64,000 nt of DNA, taken from Enoplolaimus lenunculus. Lineage: Eukaryota. Under the pieces are notes generated by a model. It was not told the origin of the DNA and did not search any database. It saw only the letters and a program-made list of their open reading frames with translations. The DNA lies in contig JASANG010001204.1 of NCBI GenBank assembly GCA_030248215.1, forward strand, positions 248,001 through 312,000. Direction: 5' to 3'. This document shows, piece by piece, positions 1 through 12,700 of the stretch (position 1 is its first letter; every line of letters starts with the position of its first letter). Position numbers and translations under genes: made by a program.

Positions 1-409
1 TTTTTGTTTGAAATGATTTTAGTTAAACATTACTCGTACATATGAGTTTAAATACGCTCAAAACTTAACTATTTGTATTGTCACTAACCGTTCATATTGT
101 TACCATGATTTAATAGATTCAAAATTAAGCGACAAACAATCATCAACCTAACACTGAAAATTATTCATTTATTACTTGCCAAGACTAATGTTTTACGGTT
201 AGAAATGTGTGAAATATTAATTTAGCGCTACTGACACGAACCGTGAATTCCACATTTGTAATATACTGGTCTAAAAGACACAAAGACATATTGTTTAGTC
301 GATTTTAATGTTCACAGAACACAATTTTGCAAATTTTGATTATTTGAGATCATCTTGCGAGATTTTATTGATATCCTTAGAGAAAAAAACTATTAGTTCA
401 GCACTTTTA

Positions 410-685
410 AGCCCTATTGGCACGTGCAAGTCTTTGCTGCGAGAACTTGCAGCTGTTAATTGCACGCAGAACTTGCATTTTTATCAGCCAACGAGAAAGC
501 GGCTGCAATAAGTTCAGTGAACTTACATGGTTATTAACACATGTAAACTAAATCTTAGCTATGCTTTTTAATGATATATTTGCAGCTGTAAACTTTTTCG
601 AACAGAATTTTGGACAAAACTTGCGCCTGCATGTTGTTGCAAGTGCAAGTTCACGCAGCAAAGGCTTGCACGTGTGAATAAGGCT
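410..685. mobile_element. PIF/Harbinger-like MITE
   Basis: Imperfect ~40-bp TIRs (agccctattggcacgtgcaagtctttgctgcg / cgcagcaaaggcttgcacgtgtgaataaggct) flanked by tta on both sides. Confidence 0.7.
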
Positions 686-726
686 TTATTGTGTTGAACC
701 CAAATTTATAAAAAAAATTGTTTTAC

Positions 727-795
727 CTGCATTGCTAATTTCCTCAACTGCGCGTGTTGCCGAACCATTTCGATATCGCCAACTGCAAGACCGAT
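727..795 (-). CDS. TRPA1: TRPA1 exon 22 (S6 end / TRP-like helix): IGLAVGDIEMVRQHAQLRKLAMQ
   Basis: ttttag acceptor, gtaaaa donor, 69 nt, phase 0/0; TRPA1 IGLAVGDI motif. Confidence 0.95.
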
Positions 796-3700
796 CTAAA
801 ACAAGTTTAATATTTTTAAATGAAATATCGCACAGTAAAAAACACACCTGGGGAGGGTTTCAATGCAAGATATTTAGTTTTTAGCATCAAGCTGTGAACA
901 TGTGCAAAACACTTTTAAATTTATTAATCATATACTTTCAAGGAATCGTGCAACTTAGATCATAAGATCACATGAAAGTAACAAGCATATTTGCCTTTCT
1001 AATCTTCGTTGAAATACTGTAATGACCGGAATAAGAGGATCCCCATTTTGATTCCCAATCAATAAGAGTCCGTATCCATAATAAGAGTCCGTAAGCGAAT
1101 ATAAATCCCTAAACCCTAATTAGAGTCCTTTTATTGTAATGCATAAATGACTTCAGCACCAAATACGTTTGAGTTCGAAGCTTTAAAGGCTACTTAGTTT
1201 TGAAACAACAATCTTAAATATTACCTTGCGTTATCTCTCAAGGTTTTGATACATGATAAATAAACGTAATTCGACGGATAGTTACAATACCGAATATATC
1301 AGTAACGAAGAGCGGGTTGAAAATAAATAACAGTCCGCAACGGAATAACAGAGGGGGGTACCCTCTGGAGAGGCCAAATAAATATCAGTCTCTCCCTCTT
1401 ATTCTGGTGACTACAGTACTAAGAAATATACTTTTTTAAAACTTAAAAATGTTTGGCCTGAAAATGACTATGCGCGGTTTCAACTTTAGGCAAGTAATAA
1501 TCTATAAAATTATTATTGTTTTCACCATTTTGCCTTGCAAACGAACTCACCAGTAAATTTATAAACAATATTGGCATCAAAATGACAAATCCCAAAATGA
1601 ACAACAAAGTAACACCCGGAAACAGCAAAATATCGCCAGCAATGCCATGAAACGGATGTTGAAATATGCTCTCAAAATCCCAGTCACCCATCATCATAAG
1701 AACAGTTCGCGCAATTGAGACCAACGGTGCTAGGAATTCGTCTGCGATCTGTAAAATTTATAAACACCACGTTGCCAATTTACAAGCCGTTTGTAACTGT
1801 ATTATCGTAAGTAACTACATCACAGATATTGAATACATAGAAAACCGTGCAAAAGAACAAGTCTTTAAGAGTGACGCTATACTTTGTCAAATTTTTATGT
1901 CCTTCGGCGCAGTCTGTCGCCGTATGTCATCATGCACCGCTTGCGTACTTACGATCCATCCGTACAGTGACCGCCACCATAATTCACAATTTTTAGCTAG
2001 CAAAATTTGAAGCTAATTTTTTTGCACAATTTTTGAATTTAAAGCGTAAAATTCGTGAAAATTGCTTTTGAGAAAACAATTATATCTTAAAGTTGGCGTA
2101 AATTTCGAACCTGGGATTGGTGAGGTATATAATTCAGAACATTTATTGCATTTGGTGTGCTCTACTTCTGTGCAAATTTTGAGGTTTGCAACTGCAGCAG
2201 TTCGTTAGTTTGAAAACCTATTATTAACTGGTGATAGGTGCTATATACATTTGAGAATATGGGCTTAGGTTGAATATTGAATCTTCACAAACTTACTCTG
2301 GTTGACAAAAGCGTGTGAAATGTGAAACCAAACGCTACAAATAAGACCGAAAACACAAATATGACTCGCATGACTGTTCGTAAAATTTGTGTAAACATCA
2401 CAACAAATAATCCAACTGAATCCATTCTGAAACAAAAACGAAAAACTACAAAATATTAAGCTTAATTTTTACACATCAGGCAACTGATTCAGACAGTTCA
2501 ATTAATAAAGTAAAGGGTGGTGCTATACTTTTGAATTATATTTTTACTGCCGTCAGGCGCCGTCCATCATCGTCTGTCACGGTGCGGTTTTGTATGTGAA
2601 TTACTTACCTGCGACACCGTTTGACGGACGGTGGCGGATAGCGCCGGACGGCACTGGACGCCGCCGCACGACAGGTATAGCGCTGCCATAACGTGAAGCT
2701 TCGTTTTGGGACTACCGAACTATTGGTTACCTTCTTGAATGCTCATTTCCAAAGTTAAAATTTTTATTACAAGTTATCTAAACATTCCTCATCAACAAAT
2801 CGGTTATGTCAAAGAATTAAATCATAGAATAACAATAGCTCTGCCAGTTTATTCGAAATGTGTCTTTTGAGCGTATCGAGAAGTTTGCTGAAACCCTCAA
2901 ATCCGTATATATTACTATCACGCATACACTGCAAAAAATGGTGAGTCAAATTGACTCTCTTCGAAATAGGCTTTACGGAACTCAACAATCTGAGTCAATT
3001 TCGACTCTGCGTCAGTCAATCGTGCGACTTAGTTAATCGAATTTGACTTTGGCGGATCGAAGTTTTACTCAATTTGTGTAGTACCGAAAAGCCTATTTCG
3101 GAAAGAGTCAATTTGACTCATCATTTTTGCAGTGTAGACACTGCGGTATTAACTTTTTCGCAATTCTTTCTTATGAACCAGTATTTTAGTCGCTTTCTTT
3201 ACCGTCAGTCTCAACGCAGTTCAAACAGCTCTGTGCCCCGATGGAGCTTCGCTGTTGATTCAAAGGAATCAAGCCATAAACCAAAATGAAAATAACAATT
3301 CACAAGGTTAAGCGTCATTGATCATTTGTCATAAATCCTTAGGACGTTTCTTTAATGAATACGGATACTCAAGATATCTGCATCACGACCTACAAGACGT
3401 CCACCACGTCCAGAAGTTGGCGAAGTGGCGGATATTCTCATGGAAATCTAAGGCAGCATTTCCATGGGTATCCCACGAAAATTATCCGCAAATAGGCGGG
3501 GTTAGGAATTCTTACCCATAACATGCCTGGAGGGATTCTATGGGGATCCCCACGAAAATTATCCGCGGGCTGGGGGTGGGGCTAAAAATTCTTACCCCAT
3601 CACAGCCCTGTGTGTTTATGAACATCAACCACTCATACATAAGCAAATCAAAAAATGCTTTAGTTCAAAACGAATTGATTCACTTGAGCAAAAAGCGTTA

Positions 3701-6700
3701 CAATTTACCGTTGAAAATGTAACAGAATTCGAAACCACGCCAAGAATATCGCAAACACACCGCATTCTAATTGAAATTTGAGGAAATAATGTTGACGAAC
3801 GACAAACGGAAATACTAGTAGAATTGTGGTTAGATGTAACGCGATGTCAACATATTTAACAGCATCAGCAAAATATGATTGTTTCTGAAAAAAATGTGCA
3901 CCTAAATTCGTTGAAAGTATTGAGGTCCATTAATAACATCAAAAGTGCTGGCCTCAAGATGACAAAAGTTAAGAGTAATTAAGTAAATGCTGAAATCTTC
4001 AGGCTCTTTTCGGTACAATTGTTCCTTAAAGTATTTTGTAATACGGCTTATACAGTTTAGAGCCCTTCAATAACCTCGGTGCTTTGAAGAATTGCTATGC
4101 TGAATAGCCCAAATGCAGCAAACACTCCGGCATTGAATCAACAGGTCAGATACCGAAGCCGTGTTATAAAAACAATTATATAGCAGTGTTTTAGCGTCTG
4201 ACTCGAATTGCGCTTAAAGCATGTTAATAATACATAACCTTTAGCAATCTACTCGTAGAAAACTAGTGCAATACTCGTGCTAACGTACTTAAGTTGCACT
4301 CGTTTTACTCTTGTGTACAGCTCAAAACTTTGTGCTTTAATCGATATTCTCATGCGCAAATTTCGCCTCGTATTGCTCGAGTCGAAATTGCTCACTTAGA
4401 GCATTGCTACGGCGCGCATATAAATCTTTCGAACACGGCAAACCGTGCTATAATTACGAACAGGATTTATTATATTTTTGCATCAAACACAAGCTCTTGT
4501 CCACTTTCCCACATACGTTAAGCCGGAGCTGTGCCCAACTGTTACACCTAAAAACTAAGCTTATATAATCCTAAGCTGGTCCGTAGCCATCATTCCCTGC
4601 AAGGGAGATAAACATTTTGCAGGATGGGAATACAAGGGTTTTCGATGAGTTGCAAGCAATTACATAAACGTACCGTTTGGATCATTAATACCAATTCACG
4701 GCCAAAAGTGATTATTTCGTATATGACAAGAACAAGTAGAATTCCAAGTTGATTATCAATTTGCTAAAAGTATTAAGGTATATCTGTTGCGTTCTGAAAA
4801 GCGATTTGTCTCAGATTCTATTTAAGCTTTGTTTAAGTTCTTATTTAAAGTCGACATCTTTTTAAATTCTAAACTTTTCAAACAAAATGAAATTCCACAT
4901 TTGTTTCAGAGAGGCGAAAGAAACAGAACGTTTTGCTTTAATTACAAGACGAGGACAGTATGTTACAACAAGTATACAGCTAATATAGATCACATGCGTT
5001 CAGTCACTTTTAGTATTTATTTAACTTAATGTACGCTTTTAAAAACAAAAAGCTATTAACTAATGCTTTGTGAATATCGAAAGGTATACTTAGTTGCATT
5101 TGAGATAGTTAACTGACGTGTGTTTTCGGCACAGCTTTGTTTTCGTGTCAGAAGGCAAGTATAAGTGCGGATAGAGAGGGTTCATTGGGTGTTATCGTGA
5201 ACCCCTCGTCGTTTAAAGAAAAAATTTCACAAATATATAATAAACATAAACAGCCAGCCACAGAGCATCATTGGAGCGTATTGCGTCAAAGCATCGCTTA
5301 GTTCCAGCGCATCCCAACCTATGGCAGTCGTCAAAATCTTTTCCGTATCCACCCACGATATACGTGTAAGCATGTGAGACATGCTTGTCCGTTATGTGCA
5401 CATGCGATATAGTGCAGTGCACTGTATGCATGCTAGCTGGCAGCATACGGTCGACAATTATAGTCGACGAAAAACGAAGTTGGACAGGCGGGCTGCGTAG
5501 CGCAGTGGTATAGTGTTTGCTTAAAGATCCGTAGGCTGAGAGTTCGATCCCCGCTCTAGCCCGCTTTTCCAGCTGCTTTGTAAAAAGGTTTCATGCCTCT
5601 TGGTTCCTACCTAGACTGACATGGGGGCTACGCCGTGAGCGCAATGGCAAATTGCCGCGCTATGAGCACGCTATCCAGTCGAAAATAGGATGGACGGTCA
5701 AGGGACGAACCTTGTTGAAGTTTAAACTGGTTTACCTCGAAACACTGTGACGTAGCAAAAGATAAGTTAGAATTCAGATACGATGTATTGTTGAATCGAT
5801 GACTTCCAACAATGCAACTGCATTTTCGTGCATCAAAATTCAGTATAAAATACGTCAAAGCGATAACGAAAATCGAATACAACGTTAAGTTTATGATGTA
5901 CACAAGTTGACCGTATGACTTCCTAAAAATAATTTTACAAGAATTTGCCAAGTGGTTTGGGTGTTCTTAAAATATGAATTATTTAATGTGAATGGTTTTA
6001 GGTTTGGCTTAGGGTTTGGCAACTCAAGCAGGATTATTAGCAGATAATTGAAATAATCTTCTGAAAATTTTGGGTAAAGTTTCCCATCTTCAACTAAGTG
6101 TGTGATACCTTTATTTTGATACCATAAGGGCGAAAACTTTACTTTGTACTATCCAAGTCAGTGTACCCATATTTTGCCGAAATTTTGTATTTTAGCTTTG
6201 AAAATGGCAGGCTATGCTAATTTCACACAATGTCATTACACTGCAAAAAATGGTCCGTCAAAATGACTCTCTCCGAAATAGGCTGTACGAGACTACACAA
6301 ACTGAGTTAAATTCGGTTCCGCCAGAGTCAAACGTGCGACTCAGTGAGTTAAATTTAATTCTGGCGGAGTCGAAATTGGCTCAGTTTGCCCAGTCCCGTA
6401 GAGCATATTTCCGAGAGAGTTAATTTGATTCACCATTATTTGCACAGTATTTTAGTACCAAAACAAAACTTCGTCGTTGAGGGGCTGATACCAAAAGCCT
6501 AGGCATTGAAACAATATTTAGAATTGCTAATGAATTTAAGTCTTTCCGAAAAAACTATACCCTGATCTGCGAACGTTGGTTCTCAAACGGCCGCACAGTT
6601 CAAATAGTTTTTCGCTAGCTGTCGTCACAATCTTCATGCTGCTGTGATCTAATTAAGGAGGTTACTGATATTTATTTAGCCTTTACAAAGGGTAATCCCC

Positions 6701-9700
6701 TTGTTATTCGGTACGGACTGCTACTTGTGCACTACAATTAGCGAAAATTGACATTTATAAACTCTCTATCCGCTTCCGGACTCGTAACGGAGACGGACTC
6801 TTATTGATTGGGACTCAAACTGGGACCCCCCGCTTATTACTTCATCTTATTCGGGTTACTACAGTATGCTTTGTAGATATTTTCTAACGGTGATTGTCGC
6901 ACGTGGAGTAGTCTGGAGTATCCTTTATACCAATAATTTCACAATCTATGAAGTCAAGTTGTGATGGACAAATGCGTGGTCATAATCACCAGGGGTGGTA
7001 AAATTTTACTTGATTCCATTAGTGCGGGAACCTTGACTTGATATCTTAGGCGAGAAAAACTAGACTTAATCCAATTTTTAGTTCTCCTTAAGATATTGAA
7101 CCGACTACTGTCCTAAATGCTCATATTGAAAGCGAAATACTCTTTAGCGTAAACAAACCATCTTTGGGTCGAACTAGGTTTGCCTAAGACAGCTCGAATT
7201 AATTTACTCTGATGCCATCAAAACTAGACTAGATTAATTTGTATTTTTTGTTCTAAATGTCTTCATTAAAACCTGCGGATGGGAGCTAAAAATGCTGTTG
7301 TAATTTTGAACGGAAGTACTGTAGCAGTAAAACAGACAAGCCATGTCCTCCAAAACTTTTTGGGGGCCTCCACCTGTTACTATGCGACTGCAAAATTTAT
7401 CACAAACCAGTTCATTATTTATTATTTGCAAAAACATGTATAAACATACCATTTAAGCTTCAAATAGAATAATGAAACTTTGTGCGATAAAAGATCAACA
7501 CGACCATATCGCACCATCCACTTAAACGGAATAATTTACAAAAATACGCAAAAATACGTTAAAAAGGCTGGGTTACAAACTCGTTGCAATTCAAAGCAAT
7601 GTATGTAATTATTCGATTTTGATCCAGTTTAATGACCATTAACCCTAGACTCAATTTAATATTGGTTTCAAATTGTTATTCTTGTCTATCGTTTAACTAT
7701 GCGAGAAATATACTTTGCGAAATTTCCGTGGAGATAAGAAAAATAATTACAGACTTTAGAACTGCCTTCAAAAATTAGGCTCATTTTGTCGTTTTATCTT
7801 TATTTAGGCACTGGGTTACAATACCAAAAGCGTCTACACGAATCTAAACAGGTATATTTTGGGTATAATATTCTTAATCTGCGCAGTTATTTTTTGCAGA
7901 GCTTGACAAACACAGAATTTTATACGATTGACAAACCCAAATTTTATACGTTTCGTATTTGCAACTTACGTTTGTCGCCATCAAAGGAATAATTCTCGAA
8001 TCGGGTCGAACGTGTTCAGTTTTGCCGATGTTCATAAAGCGAAAATCGTAGGATTCCTGAAAATAATGCCTACACATCGCTAACGATTAAATTTTTCACC
8101 TTCAACGTTTAGTATATTTTCTATTTGTTAAAAAGTTTCGAAGAAATTTAACAATTGCTACTGTAGTGACCCGAATGAGAAGGGGAAGTAATAAGAGCGG
8201 AGGTAATAAGACGGGTCGTACGCGGATAGAGTCACAAAACCCATAGAGCCCATAAACATCAATTATCCTTAAGTGTAGTGCATAAATGACTCCAGGACCA
8301 AATAAAGTTGAGTTCGAAAGTTTTCAAAGTACATTCCTAAGTATAACCTTGCATTATCGCTCAAGTTTTTGATACAAGACAAAGAAATGTATAATTCAAC
8401 GAGTAGCTGCAATACCGGATATACAACAGTAACGAAAGGCGTGTTAAAAATAAACAACAGGCAGTAACCTAATAACAGGGGGAACCCTCTAGGAGAGGCC
8501 CATTAAGTATCAGCCCCCTCTTATTCTGGTCACTACAGTACTGAAATGTACCAAAAGTTATAAAACTAAAAACTAATTACAAAAGCTATTACCACCGCAA
8601 ATTTTGGGACAATTTACGATCCAAATATTAACATCAGATGTCTATTCTGACTTTAGACCCAGCTACAATGAGGTTATAGTTTGAACTGAAAATGATTAAG
8701 TTTGCCCGTTTTAGACGTTTAACTAATAATACCGTGTTTATACGCATTGTGAGCTACTTAAAATGATAATCACTGCATAAAATAAACAAACCCAATAATC
8801 AATACTTGACGGGTCTTCGTCAGAAACTGTATGACACACATCAAGTAGCACCTAAAACAATCAACGCAACATCTTTAAATGTAAGAAAATAAATCCAATG
8901 CAATCAAATATTTTTGAATTCTCAAATTCTGAAGTTGAAAACATTTTGGCTTTGCAAAATTATCGCATTCAGAGGACCCTATTCGTGAAAAATTGTCAGA
9001 AAATGCGGACTCATTATGTGATTTAAATTAGCAAAGGTCAATGGAACTCTTTAAAAACTTAAACTTAAATTATAGCTTAACTAAACTTAAATATTAGTTT
9101 TAGTAAAACTTGAACGGCTAGACGGACTAACTAAATTCGAATTTTAAGTTCTACTTTAACTAACATGTTTTTAAGTTTAACACGAGTTTAAGTCAACTTA
9201 TTTTTAGTTTAAGTAACGAGTGCAGCCAGAAATTACGTGTATCTAAATGTTCGTTAAGTTCAGCTTAACTGAAAACATGTAATATTTTAAACGAGTCTAA
9301 GCGTAAACCTACCTGTTAGTTAAGTTAATCTAAAAAGTTAGTTTAATACTGCTGGATTACCTTTAGCTTAAATCAAGTTAGTTCAAGCTTTTAGACAGAA
9401 CGCGTTTGATCATGGTTAACAAAACTTGTCGACTTAGTGTGACACAACCTAGCAAATGTTTCGGCAGCTTCAGTAATTATACAGTTTAATAAACTAATTT
9501 TGTTTTTATTTTCTTTATATTTGTGAAAAATTTACTCTCATAATACGAATCTGGTTAGCTTCAAAGCAGCGTTTGTCGTATACAAAATTGCAAACTCACA
9601 ATTAAACCAGCAATGTATTGTTGTCTGAGGATATAAGGGCTGTTTCAAGCAATGATAAAGGCCTCAATTTTGTTTAAATTAAACTTTGTACACTGCAAAA

Positions 9701-12700
9701 CTGATGAGTCAAATTGACTCTCTCCTAAATAGGCTTTTCCGCTTTTCCTGACTACACAAACTGAGTCAAAATTAGACTCCGACAGAGGCAAATTGAGTCG
9801 AATTGGACTCAGGCGGAGCCGAATTTTGACTCAGTTTGTGTAGTCAGGAAAAGCCTATTTAGGAGAGAGTCAATTGTACTCACCATTTTTAGCAGTGCAT
9901 TAGGATATTGCTAAGGTTCATTTTAAAGGTTGTCAATCGTTTTACTCGCAAAATTTTCACTATTGTTTTGCTTCCCTTGTAGACGGTAACCCTTTGTTGA
10001 TTTAGCTTCAGAAAACCTTGAACTCTCAAGCCATACAAACACGGCACCTTATAAACTTGCGGCATGTACTCGATCAAAGCCAACGACGGACAAACATACT
10101 GTTCTGAGTGAATAAGCAAAAATTCATCGCGTCTGAAATATTAAATCAAAATTCATTCTTACGACAAGGGTCTTTATTCAAAAATACGTTTTTGTGTCCA
10201 TATATCGCCAGTAGTCGTTAGGTCTTGTAACTCTTAAATTAATGAATGGTTTACTTTTGTGCCTCTTTAATTGCGTTTGGTTTCTCGGTCACTTCGGTAT
10301 TCGAGGTTTATTTTGTTTACTAAATGCATTTATATCTTTCCGATTTGAAATTTTTGAATCCGCCAATGGATTCGAAAGATTTTTGCAAAATATTGCTACA
10401 GAGCAAAGGTACTGGCTGGGTTTCTGAAATGTTACTTAAGTATTTACTTAAGTTATACTTAAGTAATTACTAAAGTCGTCGACTTAAGTAAACAATTAAT
10501 TTTTTGAACAAAAACGGATAAACGTCAAATGTGAGCCTCTGTCATGGCAAAAGCAATAGTTCTAGTTTATGTTAAGAAGGCACCATGACTGTACAATTTC
10601 AGTTAGAGCAATGTTAGTATGCCTGAGCTATTAATTTGTAATACATCAATTTTAGCCAACGACTTAAGTATTTACTTAACTTAAGTAAGCTTTTAAAAAC
10701 GACAAAATGGTTAGGTAATTACTTAGCACGTACTTAAGTACTAAGTCGTACTTAATAAGTAGGGTTTTAGAAACCCAACCAATAACTCTAGGTTGACTGT
10801 CAAACCTTGGATGCTGAACGAACACTGTTGCAACTTCGACGTTTCGAGATGCGATGCTGAGTTCAAACGCAGTTTTTCCATCTGTGTTTTGAGTAAATTG
10901 GCATCCGTTATTCAGCAAAATTTCTGCAGCTCCTGGTTGATTCGCCAACGCTGTGGTATGCAGTGCAGTGTTCTGTAAAGTAATAACGGGAGCGGGGAGT
11001 AGAGCCGAAAGCTCCGTACCTCTTTTTATTTTCAATTCTGTTTGATAAAACACAGTATCTTTATTCAACCATAGATATAATGGTTTACCAATTCGACTTG
11101 AGCTAATAATTTGTCAGTTGTTTTTCGGTGTCGGCTTCCGCTAATCCAATTTAATTGACACGCTTGCGAAAATGATGGCGAAACGAAAATTGAAATATGT
11201 GCGAATTTAGTATTTCTCATTCTCATATAGAGTTGACTATGACCGACTCCGCACAGCGTATCACTGTTTTTCGGCGTCCAGCATCAACTGCCTATAGCAG
11301 AATTGCTAAACGCCTCCCAGTTCAGTCGCTAGAGTTCGAATCCAAGCATAAAAATATGTTGCAGATGAAACAGAAATTATTTATATGAGAATGAGTTAAG
11401 AGTTATGTGATACTTTTACAAGAATTGGCTTTTGTATACTTTCACCCAGATTTAAAGTTAAGGCTAGGGCACAGGCTTAGGCTCAGACTAGCTAAGGCTT
11501 ACAAATAGATAAGTCTTCACTGCAAAAAATGGAGTTTCAAGTTGACTCTCTCCAAAATAGGCTCTACGGGACTACACAAACTGAGTCAAATTCTACTCAC
11601 TGAGTCACACGTTTGACTCTGGCGGAGTCGAAGTTGACTCAGTTTGTGTAGCCCTGTATAGTCTTTCGGAGAGTCAAGTTGATTCACCATTTTTGCAGTG
11701 TTCTAACTCCAAGCCTAAGCATGAACCTAAAACCTACTTCTAAGCCTTATTTGTAAGTTTACACATTATCATATATAAAAGTGGGGAAAGTGAACAGAAG
11801 CCGCAATCCGGGCGCACAGCAAAGTGGTGGCTGGGGTTAAGCCTCCCGAAAATTTTTTGACTCCCTCCTAGAAAATTTTCAACTTTGCTTGTAAGTAATC
11901 GAAAGCCGTTGCAAGCCCTCCAGAAAAATTTTCAATCCCCTAGCAATGTGAGCTGGCTACAGGCTTGGCGAGGCTTTCATGCAGGTATAAATAGTAAAAA
12001 AATTTACCCAGTAGAGACATATGTTGGCCTATTTGCCGTAAAACTAAAGACTTACGCCCAGTTTGTTAGTCCGGTCAAGAAGGTTCTGATGAACCGAGAG
12101 CAGCAACTTTGTTGTTTGTAGATGACCTTTTTCGACCGCAAGATGCAACGGAGTACATCCTGTATAATCCCTATAAATATACAATATTTAGTTCTGACTT
12201 TTCTGATGAGCCCAAATTGAATATTCAGAGAATGCTACTTCTTAGCAGGGTGCGTAGCCAGACCACCCCGTTAGGGCAGTTTAAACATTTTTGAGGAAGG
12301 GTTTATTATAACACTTATAAGCTAGGTTAAAAATTTTCATGGAGACTAAAATTTTTCTAGGGAAAGGGGCTGCCGCCCAGCCCCTTTTCTGGCTACGGGC
12401 CCGAGACATAATCTCACTAAGAGTCCATTATCACTCTTATAGTCAACACTGTGGAACTAACGCGGTTTGCATGCTATAAAACGTACTACCGCATGTTGTG
12501 TTGTTGGCCGACTTGCATGATCATGGAAGTTAATATTAATATCACATTTTTACAACGATATTTTCCTTATAAATATATAAACCGAAACTATCCCTGATCA
12601 GTTATGCGTACGTTTAAAATAGAAATTCGATGCTTTACCAAACCCCAAGAAATGGGGTTGCTTACAGACAAAACACAACGCGCGACGGGTACATTCTTTT

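Noticed and set aside
217..270. Good minus-strand acceptor (gtcttttag at 271-272) as next TRPA1 exon
   Set aside because: Phase-0 reading TSILQMWNSRFVSVALN* has no resemblance to the expected TRPA1 C-terminal sequence; the real next exon is probably left of the window.
5488..5563. Functional tRNA gene
   Set aside because: Anticodon and T stems do not pair; related degenerate copy elsewhere fits a SINE head.
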